Below, in pieces: positions 17,232-26,768 of a DNA stretch of 64,000 bases. A program made the position numbers and the translations under genes. The DNA lies in contig DATEPP010000139.1 of NCBI GenBank assembly GCA_035273165.1, forward strand, positions 158 through 64,157. The letters run 5' to 3'. Source of the stretch: Gemmatimonadaceae bacterium. GTDB lineage: Bacteria; Gemmatimonadota; Gemmatimonadetes; Gemmatimonadales; Gemmatimonadaceae. The notes under the pieces are model-generated. The model was given only the letters and a program-made list of their open reading frames with translations. It was not told the origin of the DNA and searched no databases. Each line of letters begins with the position of its first letter. Position 1 is the first letter of the stretch.

Positions 17232-18023
17232 TCAGCCGCGGCGTCGCAGCTCGACGTTGCCGTTTACCGTCGACAGCCGGATGCGACGCCCGCCGCGCCC
17301 TAACCGCGCCCGAAGATGCCGCGGATCGAGGCGCCCGTTGATCGTGACGGGATAGTCCGTCTGGAACCGACCGTTCACGGTGCTCAGTTCCACGTCCGCG
17401 TCCAGATCGCCTGCGAATTCCGCGATGACGGTTCCATTCACGGTCGAGAAGTTCAGATCGTCGTCGTTGTCGAAGCGACCCATGCGCGCCGTGACGCTGC
17501 CGTTCACCGTCGACGCGTTCACGGGCCCACCCGAGGACGTCGCCTCCACCTCGCCGTTCACCGTCGTTGCCTCGACTTCCGATGTCGCCCCATCGACGCT
17601 CAAGGCGCCATTCACTGTCGACACCCCGACTTTCACACCACGCGGAACAGCGACGCGAAAGCTCACGCTCACGTCGTTGTTGCGTACGTTGTGCGACTCG
17701 TAGCCCCGCTCGTCGCAGTCGGTGCGATCGTTCCAGATCGCGCAGATCACCACGTCCTCTTCGTTGGGGCCGTACTTGTGGATCTCGAAGCGCACCGATT
17801 CTGGATCGCTGCGGCGCCACTGCTTCGTCGCCGTGACCTCGACGCGATCGCTGTTCGACGCGACGACATTGATCTCGCCGCTCAGGTTGCGGACGCGGAT
17901 CCAGTGACCGGACGGCACGCGTCCCGACCAGGTGAACGCGTTCTGCTCCGACTGGCGCTGCGCCGCGAGCGGCGACGCGCCGATTACTGAAATGCTCAAG
18001 AGGGCAATTACGCTGCGTCGCAT
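17232..18023 (-). CDS. DUF4097-family protein (paralog 2)
   Basis: Signal peptide MRRSVIALLSISVIGASPLAAQ. Repeated TVNG units. Similar to its neighbours. Confidence 0.7.
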   Translation of the reverse strand: MRRSVIALLSISVIGASPLAAQRQSEQNAFTWSGRVPSGHWIRVRNLSGEINVVASNSDRVEVTATKQWRRSDPESVRFEIHKYGPNEEDVVICAIWNDRTDCDERGYESHNVRNNDVSVSFRVAVPRGVKVGVSTVNGALSVDGATSEVEATTVNGEVEATSSGGPVNASTVNGSVTARMGRFDNDDDLNFSTVNGTVIAEFAGDLDADVELSTVNGRFQTDYPVTINGRLDPRHLRARLGRGGRRIRLSTVNGNVELRRRG

Positions 18024-18072
18024 TCGATTTCCTCTGGCTATTCGCTTAATAGCTGATGACCGATAGCTGCTG

Positions 18073-18870
18073 TTAGTCCCGGTGCATCCTGAGCTGAACA
18101 TCACCGCTGACCGTGGTCAGACTCAGCTCGCGTCCACCCCGCCCGATCCGCGCCTCGATGCGACGTCGGCTCGTCCGTCCGCCGAGCGTCATCTGGAACT
18201 CGGAGTCGAGCTGACCGCTCACGCTGCTCATCGAGAGGTCCGCGTCGAGATTTCGCGGCAGGTCGAGCTTCACGTCGCCGCTCACCGACTTGAATGATAA
18301 CGGTCCGTTTCCGCTGAGGGATTCGACACCGGCGGTGATCTCACCACTCACCGTCCTTGCCTGTATCGACGTCGCGCGCAGGCCCTCGAGCCGGACGTCG
18401 CCGCTCACCGACGCCGCCCGGACGTCGCCCTGTGCGCCGGCGACATCCACGTTCCCGCTCACCGAGCTCGCATCGATCTCGACATTCGAGGGCAAACGGA
18501 TCTCGAGATTCATGCTCGCGTTGCCCCAGTCGTCGTTGTCGTCGTTGCTGTGGTGATGGTAGCCATTGCCGTCGCACTCGTCATCCGCGTCGACGCGAAC
18601 GATGCAGACGATGATGCCGTCGGACGTCTCCGTGACGGCCGCGTTCAGACGGTCGGCTGACCGGCTACTCCCCCGGCGAACGCCAACGATCTCGACGCGC
18701 CCCGATGACGAGGACGTGACCCTGATGTCGCCGTTGATGTTGCGGGCGTGAACGACCTGTCCGGCGCCGAGTCGGCGCTCCCACCGGAAGTCGCCGTCAC
18801 GGCTCTGGGATCGTACGAGCTGGGGAGTGCAGAGGAGTAACGGGAGCGCGAGTGCGGGAGCGATGCGCAT
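18073..18870 (-). CDS. DUF4097-family protein (paralog 3)
   Basis: Signal peptide MRIAPALALPLLLCTPQLVRSQ. Repeated VSGD/VSGE units. Confidence 0.7.
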   Translation of the reverse strand: MRIAPALALPLLLCTPQLVRSQSRDGDFRWERRLGAGQVVHARNINGDIRVTSSSSGRVEIVGVRRGSSRSADRLNAAVTETSDGIIVCIVRVDADDECDGNGYHHHSNDDNDDWGNASMNLEIRLPSNVEIDASSVSGNVDVAGAQGDVRAASVSGDVRLEGLRATSIQARTVSGEITAGVESLSGNGPLSFKSVSGDVKLDLPRNLDADLSMSSVSGQLDSEFQMTLGGRTSRRRIEARIGRGGRELSLTTVSGDVQLRMHRD

Positions 18871-18911
18871 AGCTGTGTGTACCGGTTGGGTGGTCCGGAG
18901 TGTGAGGACGG

Positions 18912-19865
18912 TCAGTCGCGACGCGATGAGCCGCGCGTGCTGATGGTGATGTCGCCCGAGAAGGTCTCGGCATCGATGCGGGCGGCGCCCCCGCCAATGT
19001 CGAAGGTGAATCGCTTCGCCTGGCCACTGCCGATGCCGTGCTCGCCCGGGCGCAACGTGATCGGGAAATCACTGTCGAGCGTTCCACTCCACGTCGATAC
19101 CGAGAGCTGAGCGCTCGCGTTGGACGGAATGCCGAGACGGATGTCGCCGGAATGGGCACTGAGCTCGTAGCGGCCGGATGGGTCGATGCTTCCTTCGTAT
19201 GAGAGATCCCCGCTCGTCGTGTGCGCTCGTACGAGCCGTCCGACGGCGTTCGTGAGGTCGATGCTGCCGCTCACCGTCTCGCCCTCGAAATCGCCCTTGA
19301 AATCCGTGAGGCGGATGTCGCCGCTCACCGACTTGATCTGCACATCGCCGATCGCCGTGTGGACTTCGATGTCACCCGAGAGCGTACCGATGTCGACGCG
19401 ATTGGCCGCATCCTCGATCTTGATGTCGCCGCTCTGGGAGCGGGCGTCGATGTCGGCATGTGTTCCGCTCACCGTGATGTCACCCGATTGCGCGCGCGCA
19501 ACGATTCGCGTGCCGATGGGAACGGTGATCTCGTACCGCGACTCGCCGCCGCTACCATACCCTCCGCGCGGCTCCACGGTCACGCGCGACGAGCTGGCGT
19601 CGAGTCGGACGCCGCCACTCTCCGTCGTGGCGTGGATGCGAATCTGGTCCCGATCCCACGCCGTGACGACGATGTCGCCGCTACCGATCGTCAACGACAC
19701 CAGTCCACGGCGGTCGAAGGAGAAGCTCGTGTCGACGTTGGAGCGGTAGTCGCGATCATAATCGCGATGCGACCGCTGGGCGCCAGCCACCGACGTCGCA
19801 AGCGCGAGCAATAACGGCGCGGCCGCGAACGTGGTGAGTCTGGTGAACAGCCGAAGGTTTAGCAT
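18912..19865 (-). CDS. DUF4097-family protein (paralog 4)
   Basis: ATG 19865 with signal peptide MLNLRLFTRLTTFAAAPLLLALATSVAGAQ. Repeated SGDI units. Confidence 0.7.
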   Translation of the reverse strand: MLNLRLFTRLTTFAAAPLLLALATSVAGAQRSHRDYDRDYRSNVDTSFSFDRRGLVSLTIGSGDIVVTAWDRDQIRIHATTESGGVRLDASSSRVTVEPRGGYGSGGESRYEITVPIGTRIVARAQSGDITVSGTHADIDARSQSGDIKIEDAANRVDIGTLSGDIEVHTAIGDVQIKSVSGDIRLTDFKGDFEGETVSGSIDLTNAVGRLVRAHTTSGDLSYEGSIDPSGRYELSAHSGDIRLGIPSNASAQLSVSTWSGTLDSDFPITLRPGEHGIGSGQAKRFTFDIGGGAARIDAETFSGDITISTRGSSRRD

Positions 19866-19876
19866 TGTCGTATCGA

Positions 19877-20731
19877 TCAGCTTCGCGCCGGCAGCATCGT
19901 CGCCGTCCGCAGCAGCTGCACCTTGTTCTCGAGAGCGTTGTTGAGCGACTCCATCAGGAACCGGCTCGCCGGATCCTTCGTGAGCGCGAGTTTGCACTGC
20001 GCGATCGCATCGTCGATCACCTTCAGATTCCGCTCGATGACTCCAACCGTCACCGGGTCCAGCTGCGCGCGCCGGCGATCCACGATGATTCGCAAGCGTG
20101 CTATCTCGCTCGTGTAGACCTGCTCGGCGCTCGGCTTCGCACTCACCAGCCGCGCGCCCGGCGCCGGCGTGACGCTCGCGACGCGCTCGCTCTGGCTGGA
20201 CACCGGCGCCGACTGTTTCGACACCGGCGCCGACTGCCTGGCGCTGTCCACGACCGCTGCCGTGCGAGGTGGCGTGCTCTCCCGTGCCGCGAGATTGGTA
20301 TCCGGAGCTGCCGGCGACAGAGTCGCCAGTGCGCTCGCCGAGCCGGTACTACGAAAGCGAATGGTCAGGTAGTACGTCGAGGCAGCAGTCGCGGCCACGA
20401 GCAGGACCGCCGCCGCGCTCATCGATGCCCAGCGACGCCACCGGGGGCTCGCAACCGCTCCGCGTTCGATGCCACTCGTACCGGCGCGGAGTGGAATCAC
20501 CGGTGCATCGATTCGCCGCGAGATTCCTTCCCAAAGATCCTGGCTCGGAGCCAGCGTTGGAAGGTTCGAGGCATCGATGCGCAGCTCGCGCAGATCCGCC
20601 AACAACGCACCACAGTCGGCGCAGGACAGCGCGTGCGTTTCGAGCGCCGCGCGTGAAGCCTCGTCGACGTCTCGCTCCAGAAGATCCGCGAGACGCTCGG
20701 CGAACACGTCGCACTGAGTCTCTTTGATCAT
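19877..20731 (-). CDS. Anti-sigma factor (zf-HC2, single TM)
   Basis: N-terminal C..F.......H.LSCADC zinc-finger pattern and a central TM segment. 4-nt overlap with the upstream sigma gene. Confidence 0.7.
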   Translation of the reverse strand: MIKETQCDVFAERLADLLERDVDEASRAALETHALSCADCGALLADLRELRIDASNLPTLAPSQDLWEGISRRIDAPVIPLRAGTSGIERGAVASPRWRRWASMSAAAVLLVAATAASTYYLTIRFRSTGSASALATLSPAAPDTNLAARESTPPRTAAVVDSARQSAPVSKQSAPVSSQSERVASVTPAPGARLVSAKPSAEQVYTSEIARLRIIVDRRRAQLDPVTVGVIERNLKVIDDAIAQCKLALTKDPASRFLMESLNNALENKVQLLRTATMLPARS

Positions 20732-21399
20732 CGGTTGAGCGCCTCCCGCAAGAGAAGCCGCGCACGATGGAGCTGCGCTTTCGTCGCGCCCGTCGTCACG
20801 CTCAGCATCTCGGCAATTTCCTCGTGTTTGTAGCCTTCCACATCGTGAAGTACGAACACCCGTCGTGCTCCTGGTGGCAGCTTGCCGATCGCCTGCTCGA
20901 GGTCGAGCAGGTCGCCTGGTGGCAGGGGCATGCCGACCGTTCCGGATGTGCTGCTCGATGAGACCGAGTCCACTCCACCGTTGTCTTCCTCCGAGTCCTC
21001 AAACCGCGACTGCCGCCGACCGTCGCTCTTTCTCGCGTTCAGTACCACGTTCACGGTCATGCGATGCAGCCACGTTCCGAATGAGCTCTCGCCGCGAAAC
21101 AGGTGCAGCTTTTCCCACGCCCGAACGAACACGTCCTGCGTCAGCTCTTCGGCGCGTTGGCGATCGGCAACCATGCGCGCGCATAACGAGAACACGCGGT
21201 TGACATGCTCACGGTAGAGGCGTTCGAACGCTTCGCGGTCCCCCGAAGCGGCACGAGCTACGTCGGAATCGCCGTCGTTCTTCGGAGTTGTCGATGCTTC
21301 GATGATCGCCACTGCCGTCATGGATCGTGGGGTCTCCATCCAGGCACCGGATGAGATACCACGACTGGAGGAAAGGTTTGAATGGAACTCGCAACTCAC
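20728..21399 (-). CDS. ECF (sigma-70 family group IV) RNA polymerase sigma factor
   Basis: Region 2 (FERLYREHVNRVFSLCARMV...DVFVRAW) and region 4 (RRVFVLHDVEGYKHEEIAEMLSVTTGATKAQLHRAR). The start may be internal (21339 or 21321). Confidence 0.85.
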   Translation of the reverse strand: MSCEFHSNLSSSRGISSGAWMETPRSMTAVAIIEASTTPKNDGDSDVARAASGDREAFERLYREHVNRVFSLCARMVADRQRAEELTQDVFVRAWEKLHLFRGESSFGTWLHRMTVNVVLNARKSDGRRQSRFEDSEEDNGGVDSVSSSSTSGTVGMPLPPGDLLDLEQAIGKLPPGARRVFVLHDVEGYKHEEIAEMLSVTTGATKAQLHRARLLLREALNR

Positions 21400-22082
21400 C
21401 GGCCGGCGACGACTTGCAGTAGATCACCGATCCGATCGATGAACCGATCTGGCCGTGCGCCGGCCAACTGCTCCCTCGTGAATGGGCCCCATAGCGCCGC
21501 GACGCTCTCTACGCCGGCCGCATTGCCCGCCTCGATGTCATGCACGGAATCACCGACGAACAGCGCCTCGTCGGGCTCGTAACCGAGGCGTTCCAGCGCC
21601 GTCAGTACGGGCTCGGGATGGGGTTTGTGTCTCGTGCAGGAGTCGCAGCTGACGATGGTTTCGAAGTGTCTCGCGATTCCAACGAGCTCGAGCCCACGCC
21701 GCGCCAACATGTCGCCCTTGCTCGTCACCACGGCCAGGGGATGGCCAGCCCGCTCGAGTGCGGCGAGTGTCTCCGGCACGTCGTCGTAGCAGCGCACGAG
21801 GTTGTCATGGTTCGCGAGCTGATCCTCGCGATAGGCCGCGATCAGACGATCGACCTCGGCATCCTCGGCTGCATAGCGCTGGAACATCGTGCGGAGAGGG
21901 ATCCCGACGCCCGTGAGCCACTCGTCATTGGAAGGAATCACCCGATCGCACTTGGCGAACGCATGGCGCATCGACCCCAGGATGAGGGTGATCGAATCGA
22001 TGAGCGTGCCATCGAGGTCGAAGAGCACGGCGGCCGGTCGCGGAGATTTTCGCCGCTTCGGGGTATGAATGGCCATTCCCAA
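21396..22082 (-). CDS. HAD-superfamily hydrolase (phosphoglycolate phosphatase/PpaX-like)
   Basis: Motif I VLFDLDGTLIDS, motif VTSK, and C-terminal GDSVHD. Confidence 0.8.
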   Translation of the reverse strand: MGMAIHTPKRRKSPRPAAVLFDLDGTLIDSITLILGSMRHAFAKCDRVIPSNDEWLTGVGIPLRTMFQRYAAEDAEVDRLIAAYREDQLANHDNLVRCYDDVPETLAALERAGHPLAVVTSKGDMLARRGLELVGIARHFETIVSCDSCTRHKPHPEPVLTALERLGYEPDEALFVGDSVHDIEAGNAAGVESVAALWGPFTREQLAGARPDRFIDRIGDLLQVVAGR

Positions 22083-22278
22083 AGCTAGACGGTCGGAATG
22101 TCATCGGACGCTGCGGCCGTGTCTCGTTACGCAAACCACTGGACTGGCAGTGACTCCGAGTACAGATTCTGCCCTTACGTAACCCAGAACTCGCATCAAC
22201 CGTCTTTAGCGGCCGGAGCATCCCGGCCCGCTGTCGAGCCGGTGCCGTCCGCGCATTGTCGAAGCGTTTGGCCTCGCT

Positions 22279-22809
22279 ATGACCCTGCTGCTTCTCCTGA
22301 GCGCCACCGCGCTCTCCCTCATCCACGGAACCGATAGCACGCGCGCGTCAGCCTCGAGCTCGACGCCGCGTGCCAGTGCGCCCGTCGCGGCCGACAGCCT
22401 CGTCCTCAACAAGAGTCGGCGCGAGTTGGTCGTGTATTACCGTGGCAACCCAGTGCGCACGTATTACGTCGCGCTGGGCCTCAGCCCGATTGGTGACAAG
22501 GAACGGATCGGCGACAATCGCACGCCGGAAGGGCTCTTCTTCATCCAGGGTAGGAACCCGAACAGCCGGTATCACCTATCGCTTCGGATCTCCTATCCCG
22601 ATGCCACGCATCGCGCCCGGGCCGCCCGGCTTGGCGTCGAGCCCGGCGGCGACATCATGATTCATGGTCTGCCGGCCGAGCAGGCGGCATTCGGAGCGGC
22701 GCACCGCGACTACGACTGGACCAACGGCTGCATTGCCGTCACCAACAAAGAGATCGAAGAGCTCTGGCGTGTGATCCGCGACGGCACGCCCATTCAGATC
22801 AAGCCCTGA
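22279..22809 (+). CDS. L,D-transpeptidase (YkuD) family protein
   Basis: Catalytic motif IMIHG....TNGCIAV. Confidence 0.8.
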   Translation: MTLLLLLSATALSLIHGTDSTRASASSSTPRASAPVAADSLVLNKSRRELVVYYRGNPVRTYYVALGLSPIGDKERIGDNRTPEGLFFIQGRNPNSRYHLSLRISYPDATHRARAARLGVEPGGDIMIHGLPAEQAAFGAAHRDYDWTNGCIAVTNKEIEELWRVIRDGTPIQIKP

Positions 22810-22828
22810 TCTCGCCGCACAGCACGGT

Positions 22829-23344
22829 TCAGTCCGAGCAGCTCCAGCTCGTGCCGCGATTCGGTGCCGGGTTGGCGTAGCCGATCCGCGGCAGGATTTC
22901 GGCGGCTCCCAGAGCGAGTCCCCAGAGTACGATCAGCAACGCCACGAGGTGTCGCCAGGGCATCTGATGGGTGAAGGTTGCCATCGCCGTCCAGACGCCT
23001 CCGACGACGAGCACGAGGACGGCCGCGAGGTAGCCATAGAGCATCGCGCCACAGCTGACGTCGTAAGGCCAACAAACGAGCGAAACCCCGAGCGAGAGGA
23101 CCAGGGTCAGCTGGAAGTAGACGCCAAACGAGGCGCCTGCGGCGTCCTGGCGCTGGCGCTCGCGTCGCACTGTCTCGCGCTTCTGGCGCTGCTCGCTCGG
23201 GGACGGTTCCGGCGGCAGTCCGTCGAATTCGCGCTCGATCTTTTTGAGCTCGAGCGCCCAGTTGATTTCACTCAGCGGAGCCTCCTGCCGTATGGCTGGC
23301 CTGCTGCTGCTATCATCTCGACGGCTTTCCGAGAGCTCTGGCAA
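22829..23344 (-). CDS. Hypothetical membrane protein
   Basis: 171 aa. Charged N-terminal half followed by 3-4 TM helices. Confidence 0.45.
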   Translation of the reverse strand: MPELSESRRDDSSSRPAIRQEAPLSEINWALELKKIEREFDGLPPEPSPSEQRQKRETVRRERQRQDAAGASFGVYFQLTLVLSLGVSLVCWPYDVSCGAMLYGYLAAVLVLVVGGVWTAMATFTHQMPWRHLVALLIVLWGLALGAAEILPRIGYANPAPNRGTSWSCSD

Positions 23345-23542
23345 CCGCTGACCCGATTGGGTCCTAGGGAAACGGAGGCGGTCGCGGCAGCAGTCGACCT
23401 ACAGGGTGGGATGGACGCGGCACCGCGTCGGATTTCAGAGGTTCACGGAGCAACCAAATCGCCACGGCTGCCGTGCCTCGGATCACGCCGTCCCTGTCGC
23501 GTACGAGCGGCCAGCCCGCTTTACCGATAGGCGATTGTCGCC

Positions 23543-24019
23543 GTGCTGGAGCTGAACGGCGAGCGTCGGCCGGTTCGGATGACCACGCAACTTCGTCCGG
23601 TTCCAGTCGTCATTGCCTTGATGACGGCGACCGCATCCGCATTCCCGACTCTCGCGCACGGCCTGGCCACGCTCGACGGCTTTCCGCTCGCCGGCGCGTT
23701 ACAGATCTCACCGGATCAACCCGGTGTCGATTTCGATGCCCTCGAGCGGGCGCGCGCGGTGCTCGTTCAGTCGTGGCGCAATGATCTCACCCCCGACGAG
23801 ATCACTGTGACGCCGCAAGGCGGAATCACCATTACCTGGCGGCGTGCTGGCTGGGCGCTCGAGCTCATCGTCGATCCATTTGCGCTGAGTGCGTTCCGTC
23901 TCGACTCACCGTCGAAGATGGTGGAATGGACCCGCGCCGGATCGGAGGCGACGGTCGCGGATGCCAAGGCGGCGCTGGCGGCAATGGCTGGCGACAGCGC
24001 GAAGAAGGCGGCCTCCTAG
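23543..24019 (+). CDS. Hypothetical protein (possible signal peptide)
   Basis: ORF with coding-like GC3. PVVIALMTATASAFPTLAHG looks like a signal peptide. The start may be ATG 23579. Confidence 0.45.
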   Translation: MLELNGERRPVRMTTQLRPVPVVIALMTATASAFPTLAHGLATLDGFPLAGALQISPDQPGVDFDALERARAVLVQSWRNDLTPDEITVTPQGGITITWRRAGWALELIVDPFALSAFRLDSPSKMVEWTRAGSEATVADAKAALAAMAGDSAKKAAS

Positions 24020-24067
24020 CAGCCCATCCTCGAAGTCGACCCAACGTCCGGTTGCTTCCCGAAGCGA

Positions 24068-24628
24068 ATGCGGCGACGATTAGCAATCGTCGCCTTTTTC
24101 GTTGGAGGATCGCTGAAAGAGATCGTCGAGCGCATTCTCGCGCCGCTTACCGGCCTCCGGATGTGGGGTCTTGGCCGTGAGGCGGACGTCCTCATCGTGC
24201 AGTTTGGTGAGCGTCGTGAGGCGGAGGGTTCCCCCGTCGGCGCTTATACGCTGCGAGTTGCCTGTGCGTGGCGGCTCGCCGGACCGACCGCTTTGCTCGT
24301 CGCGTCCGGCGATCTCTTCACACCAGCAGACGAGAAGGCAGACCTCGAGACGTTCGACTGGGATGTTCGGGGCGCGAGCTGGTGGGACGTACGCATGGAC
24401 GATGTCGGCCGATTGTTAGAGCAACCTGTGACCATCACAACCTTTCTCGCCGATTCGTACGGCGGGGTCCGGCTGGTCGCGACAGGCGGCATCGAACTGG
24501 AGATATTTCCGAACAGCTCGCCGTCGCCGCTCGTCGAGACCGAGTTCTGGCGCCTTGTGCGAGGCGGCGACTCGGAGGATTACGTAACGGTGGGTACGAC
24601 AGGAATCGAGTTGGTGCAACCGACGTGA
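24068..24628 (+). CDS. Hypothetical protein
   Basis: 186-aa ORF with no recognisable domain. First member of a co-directional block. Confidence 0.45.
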   Translation: MRRRLAIVAFFVGGSLKEIVERILAPLTGLRMWGLGREADVLIVQFGERREAEGSPVGAYTLRVACAWRLAGPTALLVASGDLFTPADEKADLETFDWDVRGASWWDVRMDDVGRLLEQPVTITTFLADSYGGVRLVATGGIELEIFPNSSPSPLVETEFWRLVRGGDSEDYVTVGTTGIELVQPT

Positions 24629-24689
24629 GTCGCGTCAGAACTTCCGCTCGAGTCGATCCGTAGTGGCGCAGCCACTCTTCAAGGAGAGA

Positions 24690-24893
24690 ATGACAATGGG
24701 CAAGCCAACCCGACGTTCGCTCGACACCGCGCTCGAACAGATCATTGGCCATCTTCCCGCGGAGCGCGCTCCGGAAGCGAAGCCCGCCGAGAAGCCGAAG
24801 AGCGAGATCGTCAGCCGTCGCGACGAGAGAGGGTTGCCGTACCCTGGCGACTTCCCCAATCCCGCGAGCGATCGTACGCGCGGCTGCTTCTAG
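24690..24893 (+). CDS. Small hypothetical protein (67 aa)
   Basis: ATG 24690 is preceded by aaggagag, and GC3 is high. It competes with antisense ORF 24435..24902. Confidence 0.4.
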   Translation: MTMGKPTRRSLDTALEQIIGHLPAERAPEAKPAEKPKSEIVSRRDERGLPYPGDFPNPASDRTRGCF

Positions 24894-24919
24894 AGCGTCC
24901 ACGTCTACGCGGAGGATCG

Positions 24920-25222
24920 ATGGACAGATATTCGATGGTGGTCGCGCTCACCGGGCAGCTATGTGGAACGCTTCTCCTCATCAGCGTCATCGTCGCATGG
25001 ACGATTCGCCGCCGCTCGCCCGCGGTCACGGCGAACGACGGCGTGCAGCGAATCGAAACGCGGCTCACCGAGATGCAGCAGTCGCTCGACGCCGTCGCCA
25101 TCGAGGTCGAGCGAATCTCCGAAGCACAGCGTTTTGCCACGAAGCTGCTCTCGGAGCGAGGAGTGGTCGCGCCCGAGGCGAATGGTATTCGCGACGGCGC
25201 CTCTCGCGGGGCCGGTCGCTGA
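24920..25222 (+). CDS. Small membrane-anchored coiled-coil protein
   Basis: N-terminal TM segment (VVALTGQLCGTLLLISVIVAW) followed by a helical region. The stop lies 4 nt before the GNAT start. Confidence 0.45.
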   Translation: MDRYSMVVALTGQLCGTLLLISVIVAWTIRRRSPAVTANDGVQRIETRLTEMQQSLDAVAIEVERISEAQRFATKLLSERGVVAPEANGIRDGASRGAGR

Positions 25223-25226
25223 CGGG

Positions 25227-25685
25227 ATGCACGACGAGCCACGCGAGTGGGTTCGCGGGCAGTTCGTGATCTCGACCGATCGCGCCCGACTGGACCTCGA
25301 CGCGGTGCACCAGTACATCAGCACGTCCTATTGGGCGGCAGGAATGCCGAGACGGGTCCTCGAGCGCGCCGTTGAGAATTCGCTCATCTTCGGCATCTAC
25401 GACGGCCCGAGACAGGCTGGCTTCGCGCGGGTCATTACGGACTGCTCGACCTATGCCTACCTCTCGGACGTATTTGTCATCGAAGCCTATCGCGGCCGTG
25501 GACTCTCGAAATGGTTGATGGAGTGCATCCTCGAACACCCGGACCTCCAGGGCCTCCGTCGTTTCGCCCTCTTCACTCGCGACGCCCAGGGACTGTACGA
25601 GCGCTACGGATTTGGCCCTCCGCGGAGTGCCTCCACCTACATGGAGCGTTGGACGCCGAACGTCTACGCACCGCCCGCGACCTGA
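25227..25685 (+). CDS. GNAT-family N-acetyltransferase
   Basis: Acetyl-CoA motif YRGRGLSKWLMECIL and C-terminal LYERYGF. Confidence 0.8.
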   Translation: MHDEPREWVRGQFVISTDRARLDLDAVHQYISTSYWAAGMPRRVLERAVENSLIFGIYDGPRQAGFARVITDCSTYAYLSDVFVIEAYRGRGLSKWLMECILEHPDLQGLRRFALFTRDAQGLYERYGFGPPRSASTYMERWTPNVYAPPAT

Positions 25686-25698
25686 GGGTGGAAACCGC

Positions 25699-25887
25699 GT
25701 GCAGCGACGGATCATCGGCTTTCACACCGACGAGGAAGGGCACTGGGTCGCGGAGCTCGACTGCGGTCACACCGTGCACATGCGTCACGAGCCACCGTGG
25801 CAGAATCGCCCCTGGGTGCTGACGAAGCCCGGTCGGGACGGGATGCTGGGGGTCGTGCTAGACTGTAAGAAGTGCGCACCTTCGTAA
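25699..25887 (+). CDS. DUF3565-family small zinc-binding protein
   Basis: GFHTDEEGHWVAELDCGHTVHMRHEPPWQNRPWV...LDCKKC pattern. GTG start. Confidence 0.55.
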   Translation: MQRRIIGFHTDEEGHWVAELDCGHTVHMRHEPPWQNRPWVLTKPGRDGMLGVVLDCKKCAPS

Positions 25888-26666
25888 TTCACAGCCTGGG
25901 GGAACTGGTCGATCGCGTGACGCCGTCCGAGCCGGACCCGGTAACGGGGCGACGGCGCGACACCGGCGTGTATCGAGGCAGTTCCAACGCGGCCAACCCG
26001 CTGCTCACGAGCCTCGACCGATTGGGTGGAATCGAGCCGCCGCATTCCAAATCGGATCTCGAGGAGCACATTCTCCGCAACTACATCCGATACTCGCGGC
26101 CGCACCTGGGCACCGATCCGGTCAACGATTGGGAACATCTCGTCTCGGCGCAGCACCATGGCGTGCCGACGCGTCTGCTGGACTGGACCTATTCACCGCT
26201 GGTCGCTGCATTTTTTGCGACGCGACCGAACGAGGAGCGCGAGGAGTGCGATCGCGCCGTCTGGCGGCTCGACTGGAAGTCGGTGCACGAGAAGTTCGAG
26301 TTCCCCACGCTCTCGCTCCTCATCAAGGATCTGGACGAGCTGTTCGGCAAGGAAGGTCACTTCACGCCCTGGACGCTGATGCGTCGGGGAGCGCAGCGCG
26401 ACTTCGCCTGCCTGCTCGAGCCGCCGTCGCTCGATCAACGGATCGTGGCGCAGGCAGCCGTCTTCACACTCTGCTCGGAAAAGTCCCGGCCGTTCGACGC
26501 GTTCCTCAGTGATCACGGCCTGGGTAGCGCGTTGACGAAGTACGTCATTCCGGCGAAGGAAGTCGGTCGCCTCCGCGACCAGCTCGACCTCGTCGGCGTG
26601 GACGAGCGGCGACTGTTTCCCGATCTCGACGGAGTGGCTGAGGCCATCCGCCGCTATTACGCATAG
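25872..26666 (+). CDS. FRG-domain protein
   Basis: VYRGSS ... AQHHGVPTRLLDWTYSPLVAAFFA ... DQRIVAQAAVFT are hallmark FRG-domain motifs. Overlaps the upstream gene by 16 nt. Confidence 0.75.
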   Translation: MRTFVIHSLGELVDRVTPSEPDPVTGRRRDTGVYRGSSNAANPLLTSLDRLGGIEPPHSKSDLEEHILRNYIRYSRPHLGTDPVNDWEHLVSAQHHGVPTRLLDWTYSPLVAAFFATRPNEEREECDRAVWRLDWKSVHEKFEFPTLSLLIKDLDELFGKEGHFTPWTLMRRGAQRDFACLLEPPSLDQRIVAQAAVFTLCSEKSRPFDAFLSDHGLGSALTKYVIPAKEVGRLRDQLDLVGVDERRLFPDLDGVAEAIRRYYA

Positions 26667-26768
26667 CGCACTCTTCGAGATCTCCCGCCAGCCCCACGGG
26701 CAAAGGTATCTTCGGGAGCGCAGCAGTTGCTGTGCGGAAAGAGACCTCAGTCGTCGAAGCGCAAGCTC

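Noticed and set aside
24435-24902. 155-aa minus-strand ORF overlapping the small plus-strand ORF 24690..24893.
   Set aside because: The plus-strand ORF has an AAGGAG RBS and fits the co-directional operon. The minus ORF has shadow-like composition. Confidence in either is low.
25227-25685. The GNAT as a TacT/AtaT-type toxin of a toxin-antitoxin pair.
   Set aside because: There is no RHH/DUF1778-type antitoxin adjacent. The upstream gene is a small membrane protein. Nothing distinguishes this GNAT from ordinary acetyltransferases.
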